Assembly: GCA_035559795.1 (NCBI GenBank)
Contig: DATMAR010000012.1
Location: forward strand, 426,664 to 490,663
From: Fimbriimonadales bacterium
Lineage (GTDB): Bacteria; Armatimonadota; Fimbriimonadia; Fimbriimonadales; ATM1
DNA: 64,000 nucleotides
Direction of reading: 5' to 3'
The notes under the pieces are model-generated. The model made no database searches, had not been told where the DNA came from, and saw only the letters and a list, made by a program, of their open reading frames with translations. Of the stretch, positions 27,872-36,784 are shown one piece after another (the first letter of the stretch is position 1; each line of letters opens with the position of its first letter). The position numbers were made by a program, and so were the translations under genes.

Positions 27872-29320
27872 TTACTCTAAGCGAAATGTGGTCATCCCGA
27901 TTTTGACGGTGTCCCCGCGTCGCATCGTCATCTCATGAATTTTGACACCGTTTACGAACGTTCCGTTCGTAGAATTCGTGTCTCTTACGAGAACCCCGTC
28001 TGGAAGGGGCATAAAGGAGGCATGTCTTCGGCTGGCACTTGGGTCGAAACTCAGATTCACCCCGACCGCCTCTCTTCCGGCAATGGTTTCCCCTGGTCCT
28101 ATCGGAAACCTCTTACCGCTAAGAGGACCATCTAATGCCAGCAAGAAAAATTGAGAGGGGGGCGATGAAAGAGTGGGTGTAGAAATCGTCGGCGTAGATA
28201 TCGTTGGCGTAGAAACTGTCGGCGTAGAAATCGTAGGCGTACTCGCAGGTTGTGAAGGTTGCTGAACCGAAGAGTCGATGGAATAGTCAACGGTTTGTGG
28301 GACAGTAGGTCGAACATTAGCCGGAATATTTTTCATCAAAAAACGAAGATGGAAAGAACCTATATTAATGACATCCCCATGATTCAGCACCGCTTCTTTC
28401 ACTCGAATCCCGTTTACACCGATTCCGATTGGCGCCCCCCCATCCACGATGCGATATAAACCATTCTGGCGAACGATGCACGCGTGCATCGGCGCGAGAT
28501 TCGGGTCTCCGAATAAAGGAATGTGCGCATTTTCGCTTCTGCCGATAAAAGTTTGCGGAGCATCGATAATCCATTCTTTTCCTTCGTTTCTTCCCAATTC
28601 CAAGCGAACCCATGCTTTACGAGAAATGCGCTCTACGATGCCGACGAACAATCCAATAGCTCCCCCCGTACATACGCTCGCAACGGCGCGAGAAACCAAG
28701 CCCACTTCCCCGTAAACCTCCCCACGCATAGCGAGAATGAGAGTCCCGAAAATGCTTCCTAAAAAATCGAAAGAGGCTCCTCCGACAGCCCCGCCGATAG
28801 CCCCCCCGATCATCCCTTGAAATGCTCTCCTCAACGAAAGGGAACCGATTCCGTAAACGAAGCCGATGAGCGCACCGAAGGGAATGAACACCAAAACTCT
28901 TGCAAAAATGCGTTGAGGTATTTCATATGGCTTTAAATCCACTTTGGTGAAAATGTCCGCCGGAAACCACATATTTACGAACGCTTCGCTCAGTCGCAAT
29001 CCGATGAACCCGCCTATTGCCCCTAAAACGAACCCCCCCAAAGCCCCTCTAAGAAAATGCGTCCTGCTCCCTTGCAAGTATCCGCTCACACTCCCCAAAG
29101 CCAACCCGATAAAAGCGCCTATAGACAAAGAAAACCATATCTCCCACATGCTCCAATTTCTCATCAATGCGAAAGAATGCCCTCCTCCTATACTCTCCAA
29201 ACTCTGGATATCCTGCGGAAAGAGAATAGGAAGGTTTTTAGGTGCAAAGGGTTCCGTAATCATCCAGCCGACGAGCCCCCCCAAGGCTCCCATTAAAGCC
29301 ATAAACAAGATTTGTCCCAT
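27872..29320 (-). CDS. Polytopic membrane protein with two cytoplasmic FHA domains
   Basis: About 6 Gly-rich TM helices, then FHA 1 (FIGRSENAHIPL...GVNGIRV...GDVINIG). A (S)TPTI x5 linker follows, then FHA 2 (IAGRE...SRRHASF...STNGTFVNG...GDTVKIG). Confidence 0.85.
   Translation of the reverse strand: MGQILFMALMGALGGLVGWMITEPFAPKNLPILFPQDIQSLESIGGGHSFALMRNWSMWEIWFSLSIGAFIGLALGSVSGYLQGSRTHFLRGALGGFVLGAIGGFIGLRLSEAFVNMWFPADIFTKVDLKPYEIPQRIFARVLVFIPFGALIGFVYGIGSLSLRRAFQGMIGGAIGGAVGGASFDFLGSIFGTLILAMRGEVYGEVGLVSRAVASVCTGGAIGLFVGIVERISRKAWVRLELGRNEGKEWIIDAPQTFIGRSENAHIPLFGDPNLAPMHACIVRQNGLYRIVDGGAPIGIGVNGIRVKEAVLNHGDVINIGSFHLRFLMKNIPANVRPTVPQTVDYSIDSSVQQPSQPASTPTISTPTVSTPTISTPTISTPTLSSPPSQFFLLALDGPLSGKRFPIGPGETIAGREAVGVNLSFDPSASRRHASFMPLPDGVLVRDTNSTNGTFVNGVKIHEMTMRRGDTVKIGMTTFRLE
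28176..28250 (-). repeat. In-frame 15-bp minisatellite (about 4.5 copies) encoding the TPTIS linker
   Basis: GGCGTAGAAATCGTC-like units at 28176, 28191, 28206, 28221 and 28236 (the last is degenerate). Confidence 0.9.
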
Positions 29321-29329
29321 ACGCTTATA

Positions 29330-30571
29330 TTATGATTCGAACGCCAAACGCACACTCCCCAACTGCACGGTGTCTCCGCTTCGCAGTTCGGTTTCCTCCT
29401 CGATTTTTTTGCCGTTCACGAATGTGCCATTGCTGCTGCCTATATCCTTTATGAATACGCGAGAATTCTCGCGCCGAATTTCGGCATGTCTGCGGCTTAC
29501 CGTGGAATCCGTTACGCAAAGCTCGCCTTCTCTTCCGATAACGTGCGTGCCTTCGGGAATTTCCAGCTGAATCCCTTCTCCGACCAATTTATATGTTTGT
29601 AACGATGCGACTGCCGAGGTTGGAACCGTTTGTATAGTGCATGCGCAAGTTCCGTCCTCTCGATACGGCTCTCCGCAATAAGGGCAATGCCCCTCCGGAA
29701 CGATGGTAGCCTGCTCGAAAGGTTTCTGTTCGGTTTGCGGCGACCCGTTTATGTTTTCCGAAGGCTCGCCCGTCGGAACTTCTACACCTAAGGAACGCAG
29801 TTTCGATAAAACGAGCGATTCATGTCGTTTCAACAAGCGAAGAAGCGTATACAAAGCGATCGCTGCAATTCCTAAACTCAAAATCCATCCGAAAAAATTC
29901 CCGAGCGCAGAACCACCCGAAGACTCACTCGGCACCCCCTCTGTTTTCTGCGCTATAGGCGCTTTGGGTTCACCGGGAACTTTAACTGCTAAATCGGGTA
30001 CTCGATTGTCGCGTTTTAAACTCAAGACCATTTTTTGTGAAATCGTTTTCCTTTCCGTACCGTCTAAGTACCGAATTTTTACTTCTGCTTCGCCTGGCGG
30101 AACGAAATAGAAGTCCACTTTACCGTTCGCGAGTAAATCCTTCTTCTCCTCGTTTCCTACACGAAGTACGACCATGCCGTAATTCAATATTCCCCCCCCT
30201 TGATATGCGCTGATTCTTACTTGTCCAATACGCCAGTCTTTTTCCGAGACTTTCCAAATACCCCCTTCGATGTCTTCGATAGGTTTTATTGCGACATTCC
30301 CACTGTCCGTTTCATAAACTGCAAGATAACCTTTTTTGTCCTCCAAGGGAAAATCGACTTCCTTCGCTGTGAATTCTCTGCCCCTCGGAATTTCGTTCGG
30401 TATTTCGCTCAACACACTGATTTCTCGGTTTTTCTCCGAAGAAAAGACAATCTTTATCTCCGCTGCATTGCCTAAAACTCCAAGCAGCGATAACCACATT
30501 GCGAAATACAAACCTAAACCCTTTTTCATACACACAAAGGTTTTCTCGTTCCTATTAAACAAATGCCGCAT
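29330..30571 (-). CDS. Bitopic membrane protein with extracytoplasmic domain, cytoplasmic zinc ribbon and C-terminal FHA domain
   Basis: Signal/TM segment (LYFAMWLSLLGVLG), second TM (FFGWILSLGIAAIALYTLL), CPYCGEPYREDGTCAC, and FHA (VIGREG...SRRHAEI...SSNGTFVNG...GDTVQLG). The start may be the internal MKKG at 30529. Confidence 0.8.
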   Translation of the reverse strand: MRHLFNRNEKTFVCMKKGLGLYFAMWLSLLGVLGNAAEIKIVFSSEKNREISVLSEIPNEIPRGREFTAKEVDFPLEDKKGYLAVYETDSGNVAIKPIEDIEGGIWKVSEKDWRIGQVRISAYQGGGILNYGMVVLRVGNEEKKDLLANGKVDFYFVPPGEAEVKIRYLDGTERKTISQKMVLSLKRDNRVPDLAVKVPGEPKAPIAQKTEGVPSESSGGSALGNFFGWILSLGIAAIALYTLLRLLKRHESLVLSKLRSLGVEVPTGEPSENINGSPQTEQKPFEQATIVPEGHCPYCGEPYREDGTCACTIQTVPTSAVASLQTYKLVGEGIQLEIPEGTHVIGREGELCVTDSTVSRRHAEIRRENSRVFIKDIGSSNGTFVNGKKIEEETELRSGDTVQLGSVRLAFES

Positions 30572-30587
30572 TAAATAAACGCCTCGC

Positions 30588-32243
30588 TCAATTTTCGGAT
30601 TCCTCGAATCGTTCTAACCGTACATCTTCATCATCCTCATCCTCTTCTTCGTCTCCGTTTCGGAATTGCTCCGCCAAGATCTCCATGAATTGCTTGCGCG
30701 CCTTCGGAATGGCGTTCGCGATTTCCGAAGCGAGTGCTCCTTGATATCCTTCGAAATCCTCCGCCAAAAGATCCGCCACGAAGCCGTGAAGATAAGCAGC
30801 GAGCGCTGCAGCGTCATAAGGCTCCATCCCTATCGCTAAATTAGTTGCAATCATTCCCGTTAAAACGTCTCCAGTTCCTCCTGTAGCGAGCAATTGGTTC
30901 CCCATCGGATTGACTGCGACATCCTGATTCGGTGCCGTTATCAATGTATAAGGACCTTTCAGCAAAACTGTCGTCTGATATTTTTTTGCAAGCTCACGCA
31001 CCGATTCGAAACGGTCTTTGCGGATTTCCGATGCATCCGTTTTCATAAGTCTTGCCGCTTCTCCTTCGTGAGGCGTCAAAACAGCCTTAACCCTCGGCAT
31101 TTCAGAAATCTCCGGCAAAAAATATAAAGCATCTGCATCGAGGACGCACGGCTTGTCTAATTTGGCGAAAAACAAGGAGAGGAATTCTTTAGCAGGGGTT
31201 TTACGAGAGAGACCGGGCCCGATCGCCACTGCGTTGCATCGTGAAACCGCCTCCAAAAGCCGTGACAAAGAATCTGGCGAAATACAACCTTCCTCTGAAG
31301 ACAAAGGAACTAAAGGGCATTCGGGTAGATGCATTGTAACTGCATTCAAAACCGTAGGAATCGAAGCAACGACAACGAGCCCTGCTCCTGCCCTATAAGC
31401 ACCCATCGCAGTCAAAGCCGCTGCACCAGGAAATTCCTCCGCACCTGCTATGACCAGCACAACTCCTGCGCTTCTCTTATGCGCCGCTACGGGACGAATA
31501 TGAAGATGCTCGATAAGCCACAAGGGAGTTAATAAAAAGGCATGCCCGGCATTTTCGACGAGTTCCCACGGAAAACCGATGTCTGCGATTGTGTATTGAC
31601 CTGATGCTATGAGACCATCGTTCTGGAATAAAAAAGGTTTTGGGAGCCCGAATGTAACCGTGCGATTTGCATTCACGTGGTTTCCGAGGCTCATTCCCGT
31701 ATCAGGGTGGATTCCGGTCGGGATATCGGCACTCACTATGAATCTCCCTTGACGGGTCGAGTTAATAAGTTCGAGTATTTCGCCCTTAGGTGGAGAATGC
31801 ACACCAATTCCGAGCAATGCGTCAACGACACAATCGAATTCCTCGATTTGTTGCTTGACAAGGGCATAACCTTTATCTTCTGGGCTGAAGATTTTTATTC
31901 CCGACTCCGTTGCTAATCTGTATTGAAAAAGCGGCTCTTCTTTCAGCGCGGAAGGTGAGACGGAAAGAAGCACCGTAACTTGCTTGTCGTTCTCTGCCAA
32001 TTTTCGAGCAGCAGCGAGTCCGTCTCCTCCATTGTTTCCTGGACCGCAAAGAACGAGGATGTTCTCGATGTTGTCGTTTTCCAAAATCACACTGGCGAGT
32101 TCTCCGCCAGCGTTTTCCATTAGTTCACGAGTTGAAATGCCGTACTCATCGCGAGCGCGGCGGTCTATTTCTGCCATTTCGGCGGCGGTTACGATTCTCA
32201 GTCTTTTTCCTCCTTGCTGGAGCGCGTACGATTCTTCCTCCAC
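30588..32243 (-). CDS. nnr: Bifunctional NAD(P)H-hydrate repair enzyme (epimerase/ADP-dependent dehydratase)
   Basis: YjeF-N motif LVLCGPGNNGGDG and C-terminal kinase-fold motif GGTGDVLTGMIA. Acidic C-terminal tail. GTG start. Confidence 0.9.
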   Translation of the reverse strand: MEEESYALQQGGKRLRIVTAAEMAEIDRRARDEYGISTRELMENAGGELASVILENDNIENILVLCGPGNNGGDGLAAARKLAENDKQVTVLLSVSPSALKEEPLFQYRLATESGIKIFSPEDKGYALVKQQIEEFDCVVDALLGIGVHSPPKGEILELINSTRQGRFIVSADIPTGIHPDTGMSLGNHVNANRTVTFGLPKPFLFQNDGLIASGQYTIADIGFPWELVENAGHAFLLTPLWLIEHLHIRPVAAHKRSAGVVLVIAGAEEFPGAAALTAMGAYRAGAGLVVVASIPTVLNAVTMHLPECPLVPLSSEEGCISPDSLSRLLEAVSRCNAVAIGPGLSRKTPAKEFLSLFFAKLDKPCVLDADALYFLPEISEMPRVKAVLTPHEGEAARLMKTDASEIRKDRFESVRELAKKYQTTVLLKGPYTLITAPNQDVAVNPMGNQLLATGGTGDVLTGMIATNLAIGMEPYDAAALAAYLHGFVADLLAEDFEGYQGALASEIANAIPKARKQFMEILAEQFRNGDEEEDEDDEDVRLERFEESEN

Positions 32244-32715
32244 ACCCTACGTGATAATAAACCCGACCCTGAAGCAAGGGACGGACGCGAGGAATCTCTT
32301 CGAAACATTGCTCACAAGCATACAGCAGTTTCTTCTTCGAATAACTCTTTTTGCAAGGGTAATTGTGCGTAGCAACAGGCTTTTGCCCCAATTGAAGCAT
32401 CGCCCATCGCCATTCGACTCCGTGAGGCTTCGCAGCATCTCCCCAAACTTCGTACACGTAAAGGTGAGCATATTCATGGTAGACGGTTTCTCGTACCCTC
32501 TCAGGAGTAGTCAAAAGAAGTTTGCTCAAGCAAATCACATGCTCATCGTAATACACCCTCCCAGCCGTGGTTCTGTAGTTCCTCCAAACAATTTTCGGGA
32601 GCCGCCTGATAGGAAGTATGCCTCGCGCATCCGAAATAGTTTTTAGAGCTGCGCGCCACAACTCAGAGGGGATCTCATCCTCTTTTTTATAAAAAAAACG
32701 CCTAAAAGAAAACAT
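32146..32715 (-). CDS. SprT-like zinc metalloprotease domain protein
   Basis: HEYAH (HExxH) plus a C-terminal CEQC...GCGG zinc ribbon. The last 98 nt overlap nnr and encode an Arg-rich tail. Confidence 0.7.
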   Translation of the reverse strand: MFSFRRFFYKKEDEIPSELWRAALKTISDARGILPIRRLPKIVWRNYRTTAGRVYYDEHVICLSKLLLTTPERVRETVYHEYAHLYVYEVWGDAAKPHGVEWRWAMLQLGQKPVATHNYPCKKSYSKKKLLYACEQCFEEIPRVRPLLQGRVYYHVGCGGRIVRAPARRKKTENRNRRRNGRNRPPRSR

Positions 32716-32746
32716 CGCCGCAAATGCAAATTATGCACATGCGGCG
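32700..32746 (-). terminator. Possible intrinsic terminator after htrA, abutting the sprT-like start
   Basis: On the - strand: CGCCGCA-17 nt loop-TGCGGCG followed directly by ATGTTTTCTTTT. The U-tract includes the annotated ATG. Confidence 0.4.
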
Positions 32747-32786
32747 AATAACTTCAATACTTTCTAAAAAAATTTTACAATTTTTT

Positions 32787-34280
32787 TTAGAAGCGTATCG
32801 TCACACGAACTTGCATGACTTCAGCACCACCTTCGGACACTTTTCCGAAGCCGAGAACCGTTCTGTCGCCGGGTTTATACTTCGCTAATTCTTTCCGAAG
32901 GTCTGCTGCATTTTCGATTTCTTTCTCGCCTAAGTGAGTGATGATCATTCCGGGCTTGACCCCAGCGCGGTCGGCAACCGAACCTGGAACAACCGCCTCG
33001 ACCATCACTCCTTTTTTAGTCGGAGACATGTCTTTTTCGTTAGGTGTCAACTCGCGTATTTGAACGCCGAGCTTCGGAGGTTCACCAGGACGCTCCTCGG
33101 GTGATGGAGTGCTCTTGCGAGGAGGCTCTTTCCCGAATGGCTCATCGAAGATATCAGGCGGGAAGACGTCTATTCGAGGGCGAAGTTCTGGCATTTCTGC
33201 TACGACCCGTGTGGGATATTCACCTAACTTCACTTGCGTCGTTTTAGTGACCTTGTCTCGAACGTATTTGACCGTTACAGTTTCACCTGGGCGATGCGTA
33301 AGCATGGCATTGCGGACGTCTATTTCTGTTCGCACGGGTTTCCCAGCAATCTCGATAATCACGTCGCCTTTGCGAATCCCTGCTTTATACGCAGGAGAAT
33401 TTTCCTCGACGAGCTCCACGATCGCCCCGTAACTTACGCCGCTTTGTTGAAGTTCAAAGGGACGCATGCTTCTGGGCACTAATCCCATGAACCCACGAAT
33501 GACTTTTCCGTGTTCTATGAGTTGATCAGCGACGACTTTCGCAGTGTTAGATGGGATAGCGAATCCAACTCCGACGCTCGTTCCCGACGGAGAACTTATC
33601 ATCGTATTGATCCCTACGACTTCCCCGCGATAATTCAATAGCGGACCACCAGAGTTTCCAGGGTTGATAGCAGCATCCGTTTGGAGAAGTTCGAAATACC
33701 CTTTTGCCTCTCCACGATAAAAATCATAGGCAACCCCCGAACGACCCCTTGCGCTGATGTGACCGAAAGTTACGGAGTGATCAAAGCCAAAAGGAGAACC
33801 GACCGCAATAGCGAGTTGTCCTGGTTTCACTTTGTCGCTGTCAGCAAAACGTGTAGGGATCAAGTTTGTTTTGTTGACCTTTACTAATGCGATATCGCTT
33901 ACAGGGTCTCGAAGCACTTTTCCGGTAACCGTCTCACCCGTATAGAAAGTGACTTTCACTTCATCGCTTCCAGCAACGACATGTTCGTTCGTGATGATGT
34001 AGCCATCAGCACGATAAATAACTCCAGAACCCTCGCCACGCATTCGTCCGTTTTCGATGTGAACGACCGAAGGCATGACCTGTTCGACGAGATTCGTGCT
34101 CGCTTCATCGAGCAAAGCTAAGATCTCGTTGCCTTTTATGTGAGTGGTTGCGGACGGGCTTTCGGTTACTTCAGCCAACACATGAGGACGAGCACTATAA
34201 AAAACAGCCATTCCGACACCACCAATTGCAACACCGGCTAAGAGAGCCCACACTACTGGATTTCGCAATACACTTTGCAT
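32787..34280 (-). CDS. htrA: HtrA/DegP-family serine endoprotease with two PDZ domains
   Basis: N-terminal TM helix and a trypsin-like domain (TNEHV, D, GNSGGPLLN), followed by two PDZ-like segments. Confidence 0.9.
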   Translation of the reverse strand: MQSVLRNPVVWALLAGVAIGGVGMAVFYSARPHVLAEVTESPSATTHIKGNEILALLDEASTNLVEQVMPSVVHIENGRMRGEGSGVIYRADGYIITNEHVVAGSDEVKVTFYTGETVTGKVLRDPVSDIALVKVNKTNLIPTRFADSDKVKPGQLAIAVGSPFGFDHSVTFGHISARGRSGVAYDFYRGEAKGYFELLQTDAAINPGNSGGPLLNYRGEVVGINTMISSPSGTSVGVGFAIPSNTAKVVADQLIEHGKVIRGFMGLVPRSMRPFELQQSGVSYGAIVELVEENSPAYKAGIRKGDVIIEIAGKPVRTEIDVRNAMLTHRPGETVTVKYVRDKVTKTTQVKLGEYPTRVVAEMPELRPRIDVFPPDIFDEPFGKEPPRKSTPSPEERPGEPPKLGVQIRELTPNEKDMSPTKKGVMVEAVVPGSVADRAGVKPGMIITHLGEKEIENAADLRKELAKYKPGDRTVLGFGKVSEGGAEVMQVRVTIRF

Positions 34281-34282
34281 CT

Positions 34283-35539
34283 TTATGAACCTCCGTTTCT
34301 TTTTGGAATTTTTTGCAAATCTTGCGGATTTCTCCCTCGCTTATCACGCGAAAAACAAGACTTGAGCGCTTCGGGAGCAGTTTTTCCGTCTTGTAATACT
34401 TTTAAACACCGCCATAACTCCTTCTCGTTCCCCCGAGAGGCAAGAAACAAGAAATTAATTTCATCGAAACCAAGCCCATAATCTCGAAACCTCTCGACCC
34501 AAGTAACAGAAGCTCCGAACTTCTCTGCTGTCTCTTTTAGAAGTTCAGGCTCCTTCTTAGCGCCCTCCTTCAAAAACTCGAGAACGGTTTCTCGCGCTTC
34601 GTCGGGAATTTCGCCTGTTACAAAAATACTTACACCGTCTATTACAATCTGGCTTTTTCTCCTTCTATCCCGAGAACTCGTGTCATCGTATTTCCTCTGA
34701 TACAGAGTGAGCATTGCGACTCCATCCGTATAACGAAGGGCTGCTAAAGGTGTTCGGTAAGAAACCAAAGAACCCTCGATAAACGTAAAGCCATAAGGCA
34801 TTCGAACAGGATGAATTACTTGGAACCCCGCTTCCCTTCTTAACTCGCTAATCCTTCGAAACGAACGGGGGGGCGCTATTTTGATTTCTCTCGGTTTTCC
34901 AATAGGCTTGAACGTATTATTCGGTGAAGTGTTTTTCGTAAAGTCAATAAATAACGTATCGCTGATCACTTTCTTTTCACCGCTCGGATGGGTCCAAGCG
35001 ACTCTTAGCACCGCCGGATACTCTTCATCGAGCCAATACGTTCGAGTAAACAATGCCTCTGATGCTTTCGGCTTTAAAACTATCGCCACTGTATTTCGAC
35101 CTGCTATCTTCGTCTTCCCCTCCGTTAGGGTCGTATAGTTTTTTCTTACCAAATCGATGCGTAAAGGAAGATCATGCTTTGCTTCGTTTAGATTTTCTTG
35201 AATAACCAACACGTTCCTATCCGGAAAATATTGAAGCCACTCTTTAGGTTTTCTAATGCTTATCTCGCCTGCTCGACTAAGTGGAGACAACACTAAAACG
35301 GAATTGATTTCCTCTGCGATACGGTCCTGGCGAACACGAAGAGTCGTTTTTCCATCCCAACGAGTGTAAGTTCGAATCGCTGTATAGGAAAGTTTATTTT
35401 CTTCCGCCAAAACCTTGCAAAGAGTTTCGAGTGCATTCTTTTCCTCGGAATAGTGTTCCCAAATCGGAAATGCTAAAAGTGAACTTCCTACAACACCTAT
35501 CCCGACAGATGCCAAGTGAAAAATTTTCTTTCTAATCAC
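34283..35539 (-). CDS. MucB/RseB-like periplasmic regulator with C-terminal extension
   Basis: N-terminal anchor. The segment YTTLTEGKTKIAGRNTVAIVLKPK....RTYWLDEE..AVLRV resembles the MucB/RseB N-domain signature. It sits between the anti-sigma and htrA genes. Confidence 0.55.
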   Translation of the reverse strand: MIRKKIFHLASVGIGVVGSSLLAFPIWEHYSEEKNALETLCKVLAEENKLSYTAIRTYTRWDGKTTLRVRQDRIAEEINSVLVLSPLSRAGEISIRKPKEWLQYFPDRNVLVIQENLNEAKHDLPLRIDLVRKNYTTLTEGKTKIAGRNTVAIVLKPKASEALFTRTYWLDEEYPAVLRVAWTHPSGEKKVISDTLFIDFTKNTSPNNTFKPIGKPREIKIAPPRSFRRISELRREAGFQVIHPVRMPYGFTFIEGSLVSYRTPLAALRYTDGVAMLTLYQRKYDDTSSRDRRRKSQIVIDGVSIFVTGEIPDEARETVLEFLKEGAKKEPELLKETAEKFGASVTWVERFRDYGLGFDEINFLFLASRGNEKELWRCLKVLQDGKTAPEALKSCFSRDKRGRNPQDLQKIPKRNGGS

Positions 35540-35991
35540 GGAGATTTTCGCTCGATACTTATCGGTATTCCTGGATTGAACGGATTGCGATACTGCTGAT
35601 TAGACTCATCGTGTACCCACTCCGGAGAAGAGCCATAAATATCGAGATTATCGTTAGGTCGAGTTTGTGTTTGTAAAAAAATCGCAATTGTAATTGCCAC
35701 CGCTGTTCCTAAAGCCGAAACAATTGCCAAACCGAGTCCGAATGGGATTTGGACACCTGCGTTCATCGCTCCTACTGTCGCAAGTCTGGCAAGCAGACGC
35801 TGTTCGAATTCTTGCGAAGGTTCTCGTTGTGGAAGCGAAGAGACGAGTTCTTTGATTCTTTTATGTGAATCGAACTCTGCTCGACATGAATCGCACGAGT
35901 TCAGGTGCTCTCGAATTTTTTTCGCCTCGTCATTCGAGAGCTCTCCATCTATATACGATGCTATTCGTCGTTGTACGATTCCGCAATTCAT
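35536..35991 (-). CDS. Anti-sigma factor (zf-HC2 type), single-pass membrane
   Basis: H-x3-C-x2-C motif (HLNSCDSCRAEF), one TM helix, and 4-nt overlaps with both neighbours. Confidence 0.8.
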   Translation of the reverse strand: MNCGIVQRRIASYIDGELSNDEAKKIREHLNSCDSCRAEFDSHKRIKELVSSLPQREPSQEFEQRLLARLATVGAMNAGVQIPFGLGLAIVSALGTAVAITIAIFLQTQTRPNDNLDIYGSSPEWVHDESNQQYRNPFNPGIPISIERKSP

Positions 35992-36629
35992 ACGAGTTGT
36001 CCGTATTTCTCTGGATTGGATTTCAGGAGATAGTTACGCAATTGTTTTCTGCCTCGGTGAATTCGAGAACGTACCGTGCCTATGGAAGTGCCCATCACTT
36101 GAGCAATTTCTTCGTAGGAAAGACCTTCCAAATCGGATAGCAATACCGCGACCCGAAAATCAGGTGTCATTTTTTTCAGGGCTTCTTGCACTTCCATATC
36201 GAATTCCTCATGGATTAACAACTTATCGGGTACGAAAGATTCATCAGAAAGTTCCCTCGTCGCCCCTTGCTCCGAATGAGGGGTGTCTAAACTTGTTTCT
36301 TTGGTCTTGCTCCGTCTTCGGGTGTGGTCAATGAACGCATTCGTCATGATTCGGAAAAGCCAATTCGTGAATGGCATGTCCGTTTTGTACCGGTAAAAAA
36401 ACCGATATGCTCGCAAGAAAGCCTCTTGCACGAGGTCTTCGGCATCTGAGGAATCACCTGTAAGCCGGAATGCTAACTGATACGCCTGCTTGTAACTGCT
36501 TTTCAGCAGGTTTTCGAACAACTCTCTGCGGCTTTCAGCCGCTGCTGCCTTTGCTCCAGTAAATGCCACCTGACTTTCTCCGAACTTCACCGCACATTCT
36601 ACGCTATTTTTCGGGAACGAGGTTCCCAA
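35988..36629 (-). CDS. ECF-type RNA polymerase sigma-70 factor
   Basis: Region 2 (DAEDLVQEAFLRAY, FTNWLFRI) and region 4 HTH (SYEEIAQVMGTSIGTVRSRIHRGR). The true start may be downstream of 36629. Confidence 0.88.
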   Translation of the reverse strand: MGTSFPKNSVECAVKFGESQVAFTGAKAAAAESRRELFENLLKSSYKQAYQLAFRLTGDSSDAEDLVQEAFLRAYRFFYRYKTDMPFTNWLFRIMTNAFIDHTRRRSKTKETSLDTPHSEQGATRELSDESFVPDKLLIHEEFDMEVQEALKKMTPDFRVAVLLSDLEGLSYEEIAQVMGTSIGTVRSRIHRGRKQLRNYLLKSNPEKYGQLV

Positions 36630-36683
36630 AATGGCGCTTGGATACGCAACAGATGCTTTCCAAGAGCAACCATCCTACCAACT

Positions 36684-36705
36684 GTGGGAGCGCCTTGAGG
36701 CGCGA
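36684..36705. repeat. REP-like hairpin repeat, single copy (locus 4)
   Basis: GTGGGAGCGCCTTGAGGCGCGA, in the same orientation as locus 1. Confidence 0.7.
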
Positions 36706-36784
36706 TTGTTTATGAACTGGATTGCTCTTGCAGTCGAGGCTATTCACTTATGAAGTGTTATAAAAAAAACTCTTCGGACTTGTG

